64,000 bases of DNA from Octopus sinensis. Lineage: Eukaryota. The stretch's first letter is position 1. Each line of letters starts with the position of its first letter. The position numbers and the translations under genes are program-made. Where the stretch lies: positions 98,022,001 to 98,086,000 of the forward strand of contig NC_043004.1 of the NCBI RefSeq assembly GCF_006345805.1. The letters run 5' to 3'. The notes under the pieces were generated by a model. That model did no database searches. It saw nothing but the letters and a program-made list of their open reading frames with translations, and was not told the origin of the DNA. Shown here piece by piece: positions 16,761-30,289 of this stretch.

Positions 16761-17499
16761 CATATTAGCGGTAATACTAAGACATGGCCAAGCAACTCCC
16801 CATTTTAGTTTAGTTCTAAGTGACTATGAGGATAAATCTATGTATCACCAAAAGATATAAACGAAATTACTCAACCTCTAACATGTATGAGGCGTACTAC
16901 GTATGTTTCGGTATATCTACTGTGGTTCAAAACAAATTCTGAGCATCTGACTGATTTCATTGGGATCACTACAAAGAAGAAACAAGAGATGAATAATAGA
17001 AGGCCAAATATAGAATTTTGTATCATAAAAGTTATTTTAAATTTGTAAAAATATAATAGGCGTGACATACTTTGTTAGAATCTATTAAACGTTAGCAAGA
17101 AATAAAATATTTCTTCTCTTAATTGAAAAATTATCTTATACCTAGCCCTTGTGAGGATAGTAACAAAAATAAAAGAGAGCTATGATGTGTGCTATCCTTA
17201 GAGTTTCGTGAGGACACCTTAACTCCTCTAGTGACTGCTACTTTTACCTTCCTGGTAAAAATTCATCAGCTCCCATCTATTCGGGCCATCAGTCATCCAT
17301 AGCCTCATTTCTACTTTACCCTGAACTATTCGTATCCACTCTGCAGGAGAGACAGTGACTGTGTTTAGAAGGGAGCTGCGAATCGGAACAAGAGAGACAC
17401 GTTTCATATGCGGATTGCAATTTCATTGTTGCAGCTAAGAAGAGTATAACGTACTAACCACAGCCAAAAGACTTCAACGGCATGTTCAGAGATCTTCTA

Positions 17500-18360
17500 A
17501 CTCCGTGCCAGATTCTGAGGTCAAAGTTCGAAGAGTGAAAATGTTTAAATGAAAAGGTGCAAATGAAATATCTTAAGGTTCTTCACTCGACAAGATGGGT
17601 TCTGTTTCTTCCAAAATGTGATCAATCTTTTCAAGACAATGGGATTCGTCTGTATTAAATTGAATAGCACTTATTTATGAAAAGCTCATCTATGTGCATA
17701 TTTTTAACACGCTTTTTTTAAAAATTAATTCCTTATTTGGAACAGCTTAACTCGAAGCGAATGAAGATATAAGTCATAGAGAGTAAATATTTGACTTTTG
17801 GATAGAAAAGGTGGAAGGCTGTCTGTTCTAACAAAGAATTATTTCATGTTCTTTCGAAGTGTATATATTCTTATGAAGTCGACGTTCTTGAAAGCCGTAC
17901 TGATCTATAATGAGAAAAATTAAGCATTTCTGGCTATAGCTTATTCAATATAGACAACAAAATAAAATGATATCGACCTGCTATATGCCCTGAATTATAT
18001 TGAGTATGGCTGGGGGATTATCTGATTCTGCAAAATGTTTGCATTTCTGATGAGTCTCCAAAACAGCTTTACGAAGTTTCGCGATTATCCTAGCTTTTAA
18101 CACTGCAGGCACACGGCGATGTCTTATTACAGGAGGTACTGACCAAAATGAAGAACATCGTCTAGAGAGGACCAGTAATAGACCTTTGCAAGTTTTTGTT
18201 CAGATGCCAGGACATAACATTGGAGCTTATGAAACAGTTTTCACTGCCCTTATTAAGACGATTACAGCCTTTAAATACCCTCAAGTCTTCCCCTTCTAAG
18301 CTGTTAAAGCTAAGATTAAATTAGGCATTTTTACCGCTCTTCGAGTGCACGAACCTCCCA
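17500..18360 (+). pseudogene. Degenerate cut-and-paste transposase relic (Chapaev-3/CMC-like by recollection)
   Basis: Motifs in correct order across frameshifts: FTRQDGFCFFQNV, GWGII*FCKM, QNSFTKF, ITLELMKQF (cf. IKLGLMKQF), KAKIKLGIF (cf. AKIKEGIF). Confidence 0.55.
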
Positions 18361-18499
18361 GAGACACCTGTTTGTTTTTCTCTTTGCCCATTCCTTATTC
18401 CAATGCTTCTTTCTTCACAGCAATCCTTATTTTTGTTCACCCAATAAACCTATCCGTATAGATGATTCGTTATGCACCAAAGAAAAGCACTCTTAGTTA

Positions 18500-18680
18500 A
18501 CATCTGTTTTGTGAACACATATTTTTGTGAACGTCTGTTTAGAGAATATCTGTTTTAGTGAATTTCTATTTTGTGAACATCTATTTTTGTGAATTTCTAT
18601 TTAGTGAGTATCTGTTTTTGTGAACGTCTGTTTAGTGAACATCTATTTTTGTGAATTTCTATTTAGTGAGCATCTATTTA
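18500..18680. repeat. ~15-16-bp minisatellite (CATCTRTTTWGTGAA)
   Basis: About 11 degenerate tandem units visible. Confidence 0.85.
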
Positions 18681-19254
18681 TACCTCAAGTCAAATGAAAA
18701 GTAAGAGTATTTACAGTCGGATAGGCAACACATCCACGACACTGTCAACTTTGTAAAAATGTGATATTCAGTTCCAGTGTTATGAATGATCCTCGATTTG
18801 ATGTTTGAGTCTTGCTATATATAACTATACATAAAAAAATAAAACAAGCATCAATATATGCAGACGAACGCATACACACAGGCACATATATCTATATATA
18901 CATCAGTACATCAGAGTGCATACATATGCTTATTTATATATATGAAAGCATGTCTGTAAATTAGTGTATGTGTGTGTGTTTATGTGTGTATGTGTGTGGT
19001 GTGTGTGTGTGTGCGCGTGTGTGTGTGTGTGTGTATATTCAATATAATTCCTTATCAATGTCTGACAGTTTATTCTATATTCAGTTATACAAATGTTGAT
19101 AACACATTCAAAATTGATTGTACGTTTGGCAATACTCAGTAAAATATTCTGCTATCATTCTTAAATTTACTCTAAATTAATAACCATAAGAAACATGCCC
19201 ACACATAAAACAAACGGTTACACTCACACACAGCCGCACACACATATATATTTT

Positions 19255-19632
19255 TTTTACTGGATACAGAGAGGCTAATACATTTAGGGGACATACAAGG
19301 ACAGACAAACGAATTAAGACGATTACATCGACCCCAGTGCGTAACTGGTACTCATTTAATCGATCCCGAAAGGATGAAAGGCAAAGTCGACCTCGGCGGA
19401 ATTTGAACTCAGAACGTAACGGCAGACGAAATACCTATTTCTTTACTACCCACAAGGGTCTAAACACAGAGGGGACAAACAAGAAGAGACAAACGGATTA
19501 AGTCGATTACATCGACCCCAGTGCGTAACTGGTACTTATTTAATCGACCCCGAAAGAATGAAAGGCAAAGTCGACCTCGGTGGAATTTGAACTCAGAACG
19601 CTAAGCATTTCACCCGGCGTGTAACGATTGCT
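19255..19632 (-). mobile_element. Tandem pair of family A SINE copies
   Basis: Two ~185-bp units, each with GATTACATCGACCCCAGTGCGTAACTGGTAC...GAACTCAGAACG. Confidence 0.85.
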
Positions 19633-19644
19633 TACAAATAATGT

Positions 19645-19684
19645 ATGTATGTGTGTGTGTGTGTGTCTTTGTGTGTGTGTGTGT

Positions 19685-19752
<68 letters not shown>

Positions 19753-19785
19753 CATGCATGCGTGTGCGTGTGTGTGAATAGTTAT
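19645..19785. repeat. (TG)n microsatellite
   Basis: Directly visible. Confidence 0.95.
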
Positions 19786-20040
19786 ATGCATATATGTGTG
19801 TTTTCTTCTCCGCGTCTTTGCATTGAAGAAGCATTATGAAGATTTGAACAAACGATCCAGGGAGCCTGGGATCTCGTTAGCTCATCCTCAGAATTAATGG
19901 AATCTAGGATCCATTCTTTAAGAGAAGGCCCGGTGTTAAGAAGTGCATCCAGTCATAGAAAACTGGCTTTCATAAATCTCATCTCATACGTATATAACCC
20001 CTGTGTATAAAGACCAAAGTTAAATCGAGAAACAAGCTAA

Positions 20041-20044
20041 TGAA

Positions 20045-20087
<43 letters not shown>

Positions 20088-20140
20088 GTGGTGGTGATGG
20101 TGGTGGTGATGGTGATGATTATGGGGATGAGGCGGTGATG
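20041..20140. repeat. (GAT)n/(GGT)n microsatellite
   Basis: Directly visible. Confidence 0.93.
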
Positions 20141-21162
20141 GTAATGAATGTTATATATACAGTGTTTACATTTATTCATCAGCTAACGGTTATGTTCGTA
20201 TACTGAGAGTAAATGACAACCAAATCTCAGTAGACGCAAATTTTGTTTGATTTATATTATTACTGTCTTTCACCCTTTCGTGACAAGTTTCTATTTCTAT
20301 AGCAATATTAATTTGCACTGCCTAAATTTTAATTAATTTTGAAAACAATGAAGTATTCAGATGGTCTTAGTAAAGTAAGTATTTTTGTCATTCACTTACA
20401 TATGTTGATGTTGAATTATATATATATATATGCCTGCATATATGTATGAATATTCATACATAAATACACATACATCTATATAGCTATATCTGTGTAGATA
20501 TATGTATGTACGTATAGCAAGTTGGTGTTTAGAACATAATCGAGTAAAGGTTCCTTGCATAATTGTCTACAGCGGGTTCTAATATTTATATGAAGACATT
20601 AAAATGGACCTTTTGGTATCTAAACCAGAGGTGGTCTAAGGTATATTGGATACAAACGAGTTAGAAAAAGGTTGTTACCATCATGCAATTTCTGTCTTCA
20701 TTCATTGTTTGTGCAATATAATCAGGGACTTTTGTGAGTATTACTGAATTACGTGCTCCACTGGATATTTAATCAGATTCTTAATTATCAAATTGTTCGT
20801 TTTACGACCTGTAAGTTCATGTAAATAAACATCTGAACAGAATGCCGAAATCTGTCAAAGACGTTTTTCCCAAGCTGATTTTCTGATTATTTTTCTCTAT
20901 GAATTCTATGCAAATTAAAGTTTTCAATAAACGTTTGCTTGAATAGAGATTAATATTTTTCATTTAATTGAGATAAGATTGAAAAATATGTGACGACTTC
21001 TGTACCAGGATAATTGGCAAAAAGATTAATTTCTTTCAAAACTTACTTTGCAGCACTCCACATATATATACGTCACTGAACATAATATTTATAATGCCAC
21101 ATACAAATACACATCTAGGTAAATGGAATTTATCATCATCATCATCATCATCATTGTTATTA

Positions 21163-21250
<88 letters not shown>

Positions 21251-21260
21251 CATTATTATT

Positions 21261-21588
21261 CAGTAGTTTTATTTTTTATAGCGTGCTTTCACTTCACTAC
21301 CGAGAACAGCTCTGTGTGCCTTAGGTATGTGCTGTGATTTGTTGTGATGCTCTGATAGTTATTGTATGGAAAGTGTTCTGCGTAGGACGTGTGCAGTGCC
21401 TAGTAGTGCAATTTTCTGTATGCTATATGTGTTCGTAAGTCCTGGTGTTTTTGTTATGTATTTGGCTGAATATTTTTTTATCATGCCTAATGCACCTACT
21501 ATGATAGGAATTGTTTCTGTTTTTAGATTCCACATTCTGGTTACCTCTATTTCCAGGTCTTTGTATTTTGAAAGTTTCTCCATTTCTT
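21261..21588 (-). mobile_element. 5'-truncated copy of the 463-4435 RLE family
   Basis: About 95% identical by hand count to 463-790; same 3' end against (TTA)n at 21150-21260. Confidence 0.93.
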
Positions 21589-21608
21589 CTTCTTCTTATT
21601 ATTATTAT

Positions 21609-23049
21609 AGACGTTGCACAGTATACAATATCGTGAGGCTGTTGATTGAAGATAGTGATTGCACTGTTTGTCAAGTCACAACAAGGACCTCAGACAGACA
21701 ATACTTTACGCAACATGAGTGTAGTTCCAAATAATGCCGACTTTTGCAATACATCTAGATTGTAGGGTATTTCTAAGGTTTTCAGATGTTTTTTTTTTAA
21801 GATTGGATGGTATTGAACCCAATGTTCCGATGACAATAAGGATAACCTTTATGTTCGACTCTCTTAACCGCCACATCTTAGCAATCTCAAATCTTAGGTC
21901 TCTGTATTTATCAACTTTTTCTCTTTCATTCTTTCATGGTGATGTATTGATCTCCTGGCACTGCTACGTCGATTAGTAGGCATTCTTGCTTGTCCCTCCT
22001 AAAGGTTACTATATTCGGCCTTCGGTGCTCTAATAATTTGTCTGTCTGAAAATCAAAGTCCCAGAAAATTATTTGCCTTCCCCCTTTTCTTCCATTACCT
22101 TTTCCGGTGTATGTTGGTACCAAGCACCCGTAACCTGATATCTATACTTACGGCATAGTAGCCAGTGAAGGTTTTGGGCTACGCTTGTACTCTTTTTGCG
22201 CAAGACTTTCACAGGCAATAACAATGTGAATCACACTTTCGACCCTCTTTCCACACATTCTGCAGAGATCTGTTGCACTTGCGTGGTATATATTATTTTT
22301 CACTGAGTTGGTGTTCAATGTTGATCCTTGACAGCGATCGTTTTTAGGTCACCCTTGTTAAGCCACCTCCATGACGCTTCCTAGTCTTTTAATTTGTTGG
22401 TTGTCCGGTGGAACTGACCATGGGATTCCATACAGAGTAGGGTTTCTTCTATCTCGTTGGCTATTCTTGTTCGGAATTCATGAGCACTTTCAAGTCAATT
22501 TTTGTTGACTCCTTCTGCACTAGCAAGCATACTGTAGCAGGTCTCCTTTTCTGTTTACCAAAATATTCTGCCATGTTTCTTCTTTCACTGTTGATGCACT
22601 CCCGTACGCTAATCAGCCCACATCCACCCATACCGCTCTTCATGTGGAGCCTGTGTACATTTGCCTTAGGGTAGAGGACACCACGCATTGTAATTATCTT
22701 TCGGGCAGTGCGATCGAGTTGGTCAATCCCTGCTTGCGTCCATCTAAGGATGAGTACACTATAACGGACTACAGCTTTAGCCCACATGTTCATGGTAGTC
22801 ACAAGGTTCCTTGAGTTGAGCTCTGATTTCAAGAGAAGTTTGAGGCCCTTGAAATATGCAATAATAATCTTGTCTTTCATTTCTATGTGCAAAATATTGT
22901 CCAGCTCCAAGATACCAAAGTCCTTGTATCTACCATCATCCGCGCCTTCCATTCCCTCTCTGTTTGGCAATTCTATGCTCCTACAAATTACTCTTCAAAG
23001 TAAGCACCGCACACTTCGAGATACCGAATTCCATCCCTATGTCCTTGCT
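21609..23049 (-). mobile_element. Second RLE LINE lineage, decayed and 5'-truncated
   Basis: SKDIGMEFGISKC; YPKANVHRL..GGCGLISV; zinc knuckle; RRPNIV..CLLIDVAVPGD; EKVDKYRDLRFEI..LQKSALFGTTLMLRKVLSV*. 3' end lies in a short TTA tract. Confidence 0.88.
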
Positions 23050-23050
23050 A

Positions 23051-23190
23051 CACGCCATCAAAGTGACTCTGGGGTATAAATATTCGAAGCTCAATGTACC
23101 CATTATTACTACCCGTCTCGGAAGGGTACACCAGGCACATACATCACAACCATATGTGCGCGACATGGTGTTCTCAAATAAAGATAAACA
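23051..23190 (-). mobile_element. Partial copy of the ~550-bp (TAA)n-embedded element, fused to the RLE LINE
   Basis: Clear similarity to ~23425-23560 (GCCATCAAAGTGAC...CACAACCATATG.GCGCGACATGGTG). Confidence 0.85.
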
Positions 23191-23249
23191 TTGCTGTTGT
23201 TATTGTTAATATTATTATCATCATTATTATCATCATTATAATTATTATA

Positions 23250-23282
<33 letters not shown>

Positions 23283-23370
23283 GTTGTTGTTGTTGTTGTT
23301 GTTGTTGTTATTATTGTTATTATTATTGTTATTATTATTATTATTATCATCATCATCATTATTATTATTG

Positions 23371-23401
<31 letters not shown>

Positions 23402-23405
23402 TATT

Positions 23406-23959
23406 GAGTGAGAGAGCAGTTCATGCCATCAAAGTGACACTGGGGTCAAATATACGAAGCCCAATATACCCATCATGACTACCCGTCTGATAAAGGTACA
23501 CCAGGCCATTGCATCACAACCATATGAGCGCGACATGGTGATCTCATATCAAGATAACAGCACATGACCTTGCAGGTGGGGCCCAGTTAGAATTTTCTTC
23601 AGGTTGAGTAGCCCATCCCGCTCAAAAGGTCCCTGAATAATGGTTGTTTAAGGATGTTGAAAGAACCACCCATGTTTCCAGAGGTGAATTATTCAAACCC
23701 CAAGAATCCCTCTCAACACATGGCTATGATGCTCCCCCACTACTTCTGCTCGTGATCAGAGATGCACATATCGTCAGCCACTAAGGGACATGCTCAACTG
23801 GTTAAGGTCAAACAACTGACAAGCAAATCTGTGGTATTGAGCAGAATATTTGCTGTAGCCCATCTTTTATACCAAGACAAAACATGTACATGATAACACT
23901 TCCAATCAGTTAAGATCAGAAGCCATGAGAGTCACTGCCTGGTACTGCATCAGGGCATT
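23406..23959 (-). mobile_element. Unclassified ~550-bp non-coding interspersed element flanked by (TTA)n
   Basis: Sharp boundaries against triplet tracts on both sides and a second partial copy. No long ORF and no A/B boxes seen. Strand is inferred from which end the partial copy retains. Confidence 0.7.
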
Positions 23960-23983
23960 TTATTATTATTATTATTATTATTA

Positions 23984-24098
<115 letters not shown>

Positions 24099-24127
24099 TA
24101 TTATTATTATTATTATTATTATCATTA

Positions 24128-24850
24128 TACTAGTACATGTTAATTTAGTTCGTATTTCATCTTGAAATTTGGGGACAACAATTCTCCCCATATCTCAAGA
24201 ATCGTGGTTCGGATTCGTGAAGAATGGTACATTTTGGCAGGTCGACAATGCGAGATTCAATTCCAGTCTGTCAGTCTTTTAGGTAGCATTCCTGTTGTTG
24301 TTGTGCCAAGTGAACCAATTACTCAAGGAAGAATTGCTGTCTTAGTCTTCCATAGTCTCCTCAACTCTCTGGCTAAATCCTGATATTGCTCAATGTTTTC
24401 GATTTCTTTGCTGTCTACTTTGCTATCATAGGGAATTACAACATCTTTATGATATTGCAATGTTTGCTTATTTTGCCCCATGTAATCATATCTAGTCTTA
24501 TTGCTTCAGTAGTACGAACAATTTTTATTGGGAAGTTCCACACGATCCTGTAATTTTCATTTTCTTACGCAACCTCTGTTTCCTGTTCAAACTCCTTTCC
24601 AGTTATTTTGAAACCACACACCCGGTTTTTATCCCACTGCACTCTTTTGCCTACACAATCTTATTCTCCTTTTGTGCTAGTGCATCGCACTCATCGAAAA
24701 GGTGATTGAAACTTTCATCCCTTTCCCTGTACATTCTACATTTGCTGTCTGATTGAGTTTTGTCGATCTTTGTCTTTATCAGATTTATTATAATGACTTG
24801 TTCCCGAGCTGCTATAATTAGCGTAAATTCTGTAACAATAAACACACATT
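24128..24850 (-). mobile_element. Third RLE LINE lineage, decayed 3' fragment
   Basis: IIAAREQ..SKCRMYRERDESFNHLFDEC; DVVIPYD..KEIENIEQYQDLARELRRLWK. 3' end abuts (TTA)n at 23961-24127. Confidence 0.8.
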
Positions 24851-25095
24851 CTGCAGTCCAAGAAATAACACGTGTGAATTGTTTAACAGAATTTAGTTGC
24901 CTTGGTAGTACAAAATTGGAGTTTTCTCAATCAAACAAATATCTATTTCTTTGTTAACTCAAATGTATTCCGAATTATTCCAAACAATGGCTGCCTCTAT
25001 AAATACAGAAGCTTACTTCTGAGTAAAACAAAACTTGAAACAAAAGAATTTAATATACAAAGCATTCAAACCATCTACTTGTGTGTGTGTGTATG

Positions 25096-25142
<47 letters not shown>

Positions 25143-25311
25143 GCACATATATGTATATATATACATACATATTCACACACACACACAGATAAACGCAAGT
25201 AAGGCGAAAGTGTATCACATGAATATCATCGGAGGGAAAAGGTGAACAGAATCGCCAATAGGAATCAAGCGACGTCTGTATTGAATATCCTTCGACCATG
25301 ATATGCTTATA

Positions 25312-26180
25312 CAGGGTGTCCCAAAAGTCCCTGATGGCTTTCAATTTTTAATAACTTCGTTAACTTTATACATAAATGCATGAAATATTAATACAATATA
25401 AAGGACATAATGGAAATTAATATGCACAAGTCAAATTTTGTAATACTACTACATCATATATGAAAAATGACAACACTTAAATTGCAGTCATTTTCGGCTA
25501 CGCAAGCTTTTGCTTTTTCCTAATCTTGCACCATAACACCCTCAAGAGCTTCAGACCCCAATTCTCTGATTTCTCTATTGATGTTCTTCAGTTGCACAAA
25601 GGTCTCCGGTTTGTTGACTTAAACATTCTCTTTCAAGTATCCCCGCAGGATAAAATTCGGGCCAGTCAAGTCTGGGGAACTTGAAGGCCAATTCACATTG
25701 TTGTAGGGGATATTATTTTGTCTCCAAAGCACTGCCGTACGAACTAAATTGTTTCTCTTGCGGTATGATTGGTTACAACATCTTGCCACACCGTTCGAAT
25801 GGCCTTTACGTTCCCCAGACTTGACTAGCCCGGATTTTTTCTTGCGGGGATACCTGAAAGAGAGGGTTTACGTCAACAAACCAGAGACCCTGGTGCAACT
25901 GAAGGAGAGCATCAATAGAGAAATAAAGAAGTGGGATCTGAAACTCTTAAGGGTTTTATGGTGCAGGTTTTAGAAAGAGCACGGGCGTGCGAAGCCGTAA
26001 GTGGCTGCAGTTTAAGCGATGTCATTTTTTATATATGATGTTGTGGTGTTGCAAAATTTAACCCGTGCATATTAATTTACATTATGTCCTTTATTTTGTA
26101 TAAAAATATCAAACATTTATTTATAAAGTTAAAGAAGTTAATAAAAACTGAAAGCCATAAGTGACATTTGGGACACTTTC
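25312..26180. mobile_element. Fold-back Tc1/mariner-derived element built from two inverted transposon 3' ends
   Basis: TA at both ends; CAGGGTGTCCCAAAAGTC vs GACATTTGGGACACTTTC. WPLRSPDLTSPDFFLRGYLKERVY at ~25797-25875 (+), with a diverged inverse at ~25500-25700. Confidence 0.8.
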
Positions 26181-26619
26181 TATATATATTTAAATGCGGA
26201 GGTGTGTCTGTATATATATATATATATATATATGCGTGTGTGTGTGTGTGTGTGTTTGTATGTGTGTGTGTAGGCTCATGTGTGCATGCGTGTTCGCGTG
26301 TGTAAAAATCAAGAAAATGTATACTTAATTCCCCAGGGACATTCTGTCTTAGTAGGTAAAGCAGGCGGTGCCTACCCAGACTAAAAAATATATGTATTAA
26401 TTTTCAAATATGAAAATTAAATGATTTACAATCGAAACTTGCAACTCCGGAGATGTTAGGAAAAAGAATATGCATACAGATGTCGAAGTATTGTGTATTC
26501 ATCTCTATGTGTATATCTATGAGCAGATATGATTTATGCTTGTATTTCTGTGCCATGTAATTTGTAATGAATATCTATGAGCAGGAACGCGTATGTGTAA
26601 AAGTGAAGAAAGCAAAAGT

Positions 26620-27750
26620 TTTTAAAAAAACGAAATTTATTACTTTATTTACAATTTAATCAGACCTGTCACCTACAACATACATTCTTACAGTTCTTGA
26701 TATACTGCTAACACTTTGTTTTCCATTTTTTAAACGTCTTCTGGAGCGCAATTCCCAGTGCCAATCTTCGATTTCTTTTATTGTGTGAAATCAACTTCGG
26801 GAGAGTAGAGCGGCTGGCACACCGGAGTCCTCCCTTATTGCAGGACGAAGCATTATCTTGGCTCAGTATCCAGATTTTTTTTTTTACCGAACCTCAGCTA
26901 CATTCCTACTTGCTACCTTAGAATATCCAAGTAAACCTCATTTCTGATCTTCTGACACCGTTGAACAAACTCAGGATCAACGACACGGTTCCAGTGATGA
27001 AACAGTCAATCAATATCGCTTTGACATTTGAATAAAGTTTATTTATGCTCCGCTGAGGTGACAAGGGTGCAATATTTTATTAAGACTGCATGTTTGTTCT
27101 AAAACTATCATCGTATACCTACGTCCATTAACTGTTATACTCTCAAAAGTTTTAACCAATGTTCATACGATGAAACAACTCTTAGCTGACTGTAACTTAT
27201 TTCTCTTTCTGTAACTGCTAGTAGACGAAGTTGAAATTTTGCGGCAATAACAAATACCTTGTATTTATTTTTCTAGATTAAGTGACAAGAAGTTTTACAT
27301 ATATCTACTTGCCCCCAAATGTTCATGGACAATGGTTCACCAATTATCATGCATCACAGTGCCCTCTTTTGCACGCTGGCATCGTCATATGTTGTTGCAG
27401 CAGGTTGTCAAGGTAAGTCATCGTTTTCGGTTCTCAGCGGATGCTTCCATGTTATTCTCGATTTGAAACGCTGTTAACACTCGTGGCTTTACTCACGGCT
27501 TCAACAATTTTCTCCTTAGGCCTTATATACGTCGGAAATGTCTTAGTTAATTTCCCCCTCTTTGAAACATTTCTGCCGAACACGATGCTCTTCTAAGACC
27601 TTCATTGTTCAACTTGCGCAAAATCGCTTGCTATACTTAGCTTCAGTTTACTCTAGCATGCAGAGATAGATGGCCAACTCATGCAACTTTATGTGTTTAT
27701 CACCAGTGTGTACATTATGGAGCCCTATACAAATCAGAAGCGTTGCGAAT
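26620..27750 (-). pseudogene. Degenerate mariner-type transposase
   Basis: EFVQRCQKI..VYLDILR; WILSQDNA; PLYSPEV (cf. PYSPDL); TFKKWK; YVVGD. Many stops and frameshifts. Confidence 0.55.
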
Positions 27751-28602
27751 ATTTTTTAGTAAAGTTATTGAGCATCTAAACATTCTATTCCCACATAACT
27801 TTTCTGCCGACCTCCAAAACTTAAGATAGAAATTGCATAGGAAGGTAAACATAAACAGACCTGTAGACAACCGCTACTGAAATATATGAATCACTTAATA
27901 GACTTAATATCTGAATATGCGCCTATGCGTGTGTGCATATATGTGTGTGGGAATGTGTATATGCATGTGTAACATTATGAACCTTGCCGATACAGGTGTA
28001 TAGATATTTACGAGAATTTATGTGTGTATGCATGCAGGCATATGCGTCTATGTATTCGTGTTTATATATGCACGTGATTCTAAATTTGTATGTTTGTGTA
28101 TTTGTGTATTTGTACGTATGTATATATCACACGGCTTTTGAACAATTTTTATATAGACGTATTGTATACATTTACGAAGATATGTCACAAGTTTGCTTTC
28201 TTTATCTCGTGAATACGAGTCTGTATATAAATATGCTATCAGACGCCTGATAATACTACATTGATGTTAGTGCTTCCTCAATTATTTTAATTCAATATTT
28301 TTGTTTCCCCTTCGCCTATTTTCTCATTTTTCACCTGTATTTGCCTGACCTTAAATAACTTCTTAGAAATAGAAAAAACAAATTTTTTAAGGCAACCCCT
28401 TCCCTGTTTCCCCAGCACACCTAATTCCCAACACTCTCTATAAAACTCTGATTTAATATATGTCATCTCATTCCCATCTTTTCTCATCTCCCGCGTTTGG
28501 TACTTGCCAAAGACATTCTTTCTCTTTCTTTATTCTCATCTCAACCCTCTTAGATTCCACTCTTTTCTTCTCAGTCACCCACTTTTTGTGTCACACAAAT
28601 TT

Positions 28603-28643
<41 letters not shown>

Positions 28644-29098
28644 TCTCTCTCTCAGAGACCTATATCAAATACAACAGCATTTCATATGAATTTTCATATT
28701 TTATGTATGAATATTCTCGTATATGCCTGTTATATCTGTGTTGTTATATTTGTCTATGTTTCAATATATATTCTACGAAAAAAAAAATGGTTGCATGTAC
28801 TTTTGTGAGTATACTTATACTTATTGCATTCCTGCACAATGTTTACAAGTAAATTCATGTATAATATGTGCATTGATGTGAATGTTTATGCAAGCATGTC
28901 TGTACGTGCGCTAATATTTGTGTAAGGTTGCACTTTGCTATGTACATAAGAAATGATACATCGTTATGTTTAAATTATTATGTAAGTACATATAAATGCA
29001 TGTATATGTGCATGTTTTTGACTTCTCCCTCTCTCTCTCTTTATATATATATATATATACACATGCACACAAGCATAGCTACATGTATGCTTACAAAT

Positions 29099-29132
<34 letters not shown>

Positions 29133-29165
29133 CACATGCACACACGCATAGCTACATGTATGCTT

Positions 29166-29220
<55 letters not shown>

Positions 29221-29534
29221 ATATATACACACACATACATATATGTGAGGGCTTGTATTTGCATGAACATATATGTCTACCTTGAACATCCAATACGGGA
29301 TGTTGATAATATAATGTATGGTATTGCTTTTGTGCACGTTATGTAGGCGTATACGTATATCTATATATTTATGAGTGAGTTCATACGAAAATATGTGCGC
29401 GCCTCAATGTGTCCATGCTTGCATGCCTGTACGTATACTTGTCGGTATATTCAGGTGTGTGCGTGTATATATTTATATATATATATATATATAATATATA
29501 TATATATAATATATATACACATATATATATATAT

Positions 29535-29569
<35 letters not shown>

Positions 29570-30121
29570 CACGTACATACTTATATATGTTCTATGGCTG
29601 CTGAGTTTATCCAATTATTTCAATACGTATATTCGTGTGCTGTGAAAACACTTGTATATGAGTGTGTGTGGACGGGGGGGCGGGGTACGTGTATGTTTGT
29701 TTGTACACTTTCTACGTAGCAGCCTATTATATCCGAGAGTTTTCACATTTATGTATTGATGTCACGTGAAATGTATGGTAATTTTTAGAACATTCTATCG
29801 ATTTCCATAAAATTATTGAAATGTATAACGCTTGTGTACTTAAATGTGTTTGAAAAAGTACTTTTACACGAAACTTCAGCTCCCTGAAGAATTCCTTTAG
29901 TATTCACTTTTATATAGTCAGTTGCCTCTTCTTCATGTCACTGCCTACTCTGACTAGGTACTCACATGCTGTGTATTGGGAGAGTATGTGTTACTTTCAA
30001 ACTGGTGAAGATTCATGTAATCTTTACTCACAATTTGACTACGTTCAGTCCAGAGTGACTTATAGGTTTGCAGTGAATGAATATCTAGATGTTGATATCA
30101 ATACGTCAATCTATCTATCTA

Positions 30122-30168
<47 letters not shown>

Positions 30169-30289
30169 GTCTGTCTGTCTGTCTATCTATCTGTCTGTCT
30201 GTCTGTCCGTCCGTCTGTCTCTCTGTCTGCCTGTCTATCTATTTATAGGTAAACACCCACAAAAACACAAACACACATAAACATAAGAA

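Noticed and set aside
18046-18080. Other CTGANGA hits (18046, ~23606, ~23770, ~31170, ~49996, ~53172, ~56334)
   Set aside because: No closing stem II-GAAA, stem III or cleavage triplet could be folded.
18500-18680. CRISPR-like array
   Set aside because: Contiguous degenerate units with no unique spacers, in a eukaryotic context.
23620-23959. HDV-like ribozyme at the inferred 5' end of the 550-bp element
   Set aside because: A possible P1 pairing (GCCCUGA/UCAGGGA) is ~300 nt apart, and no P1.1, P3 or catalytic C could be assigned.
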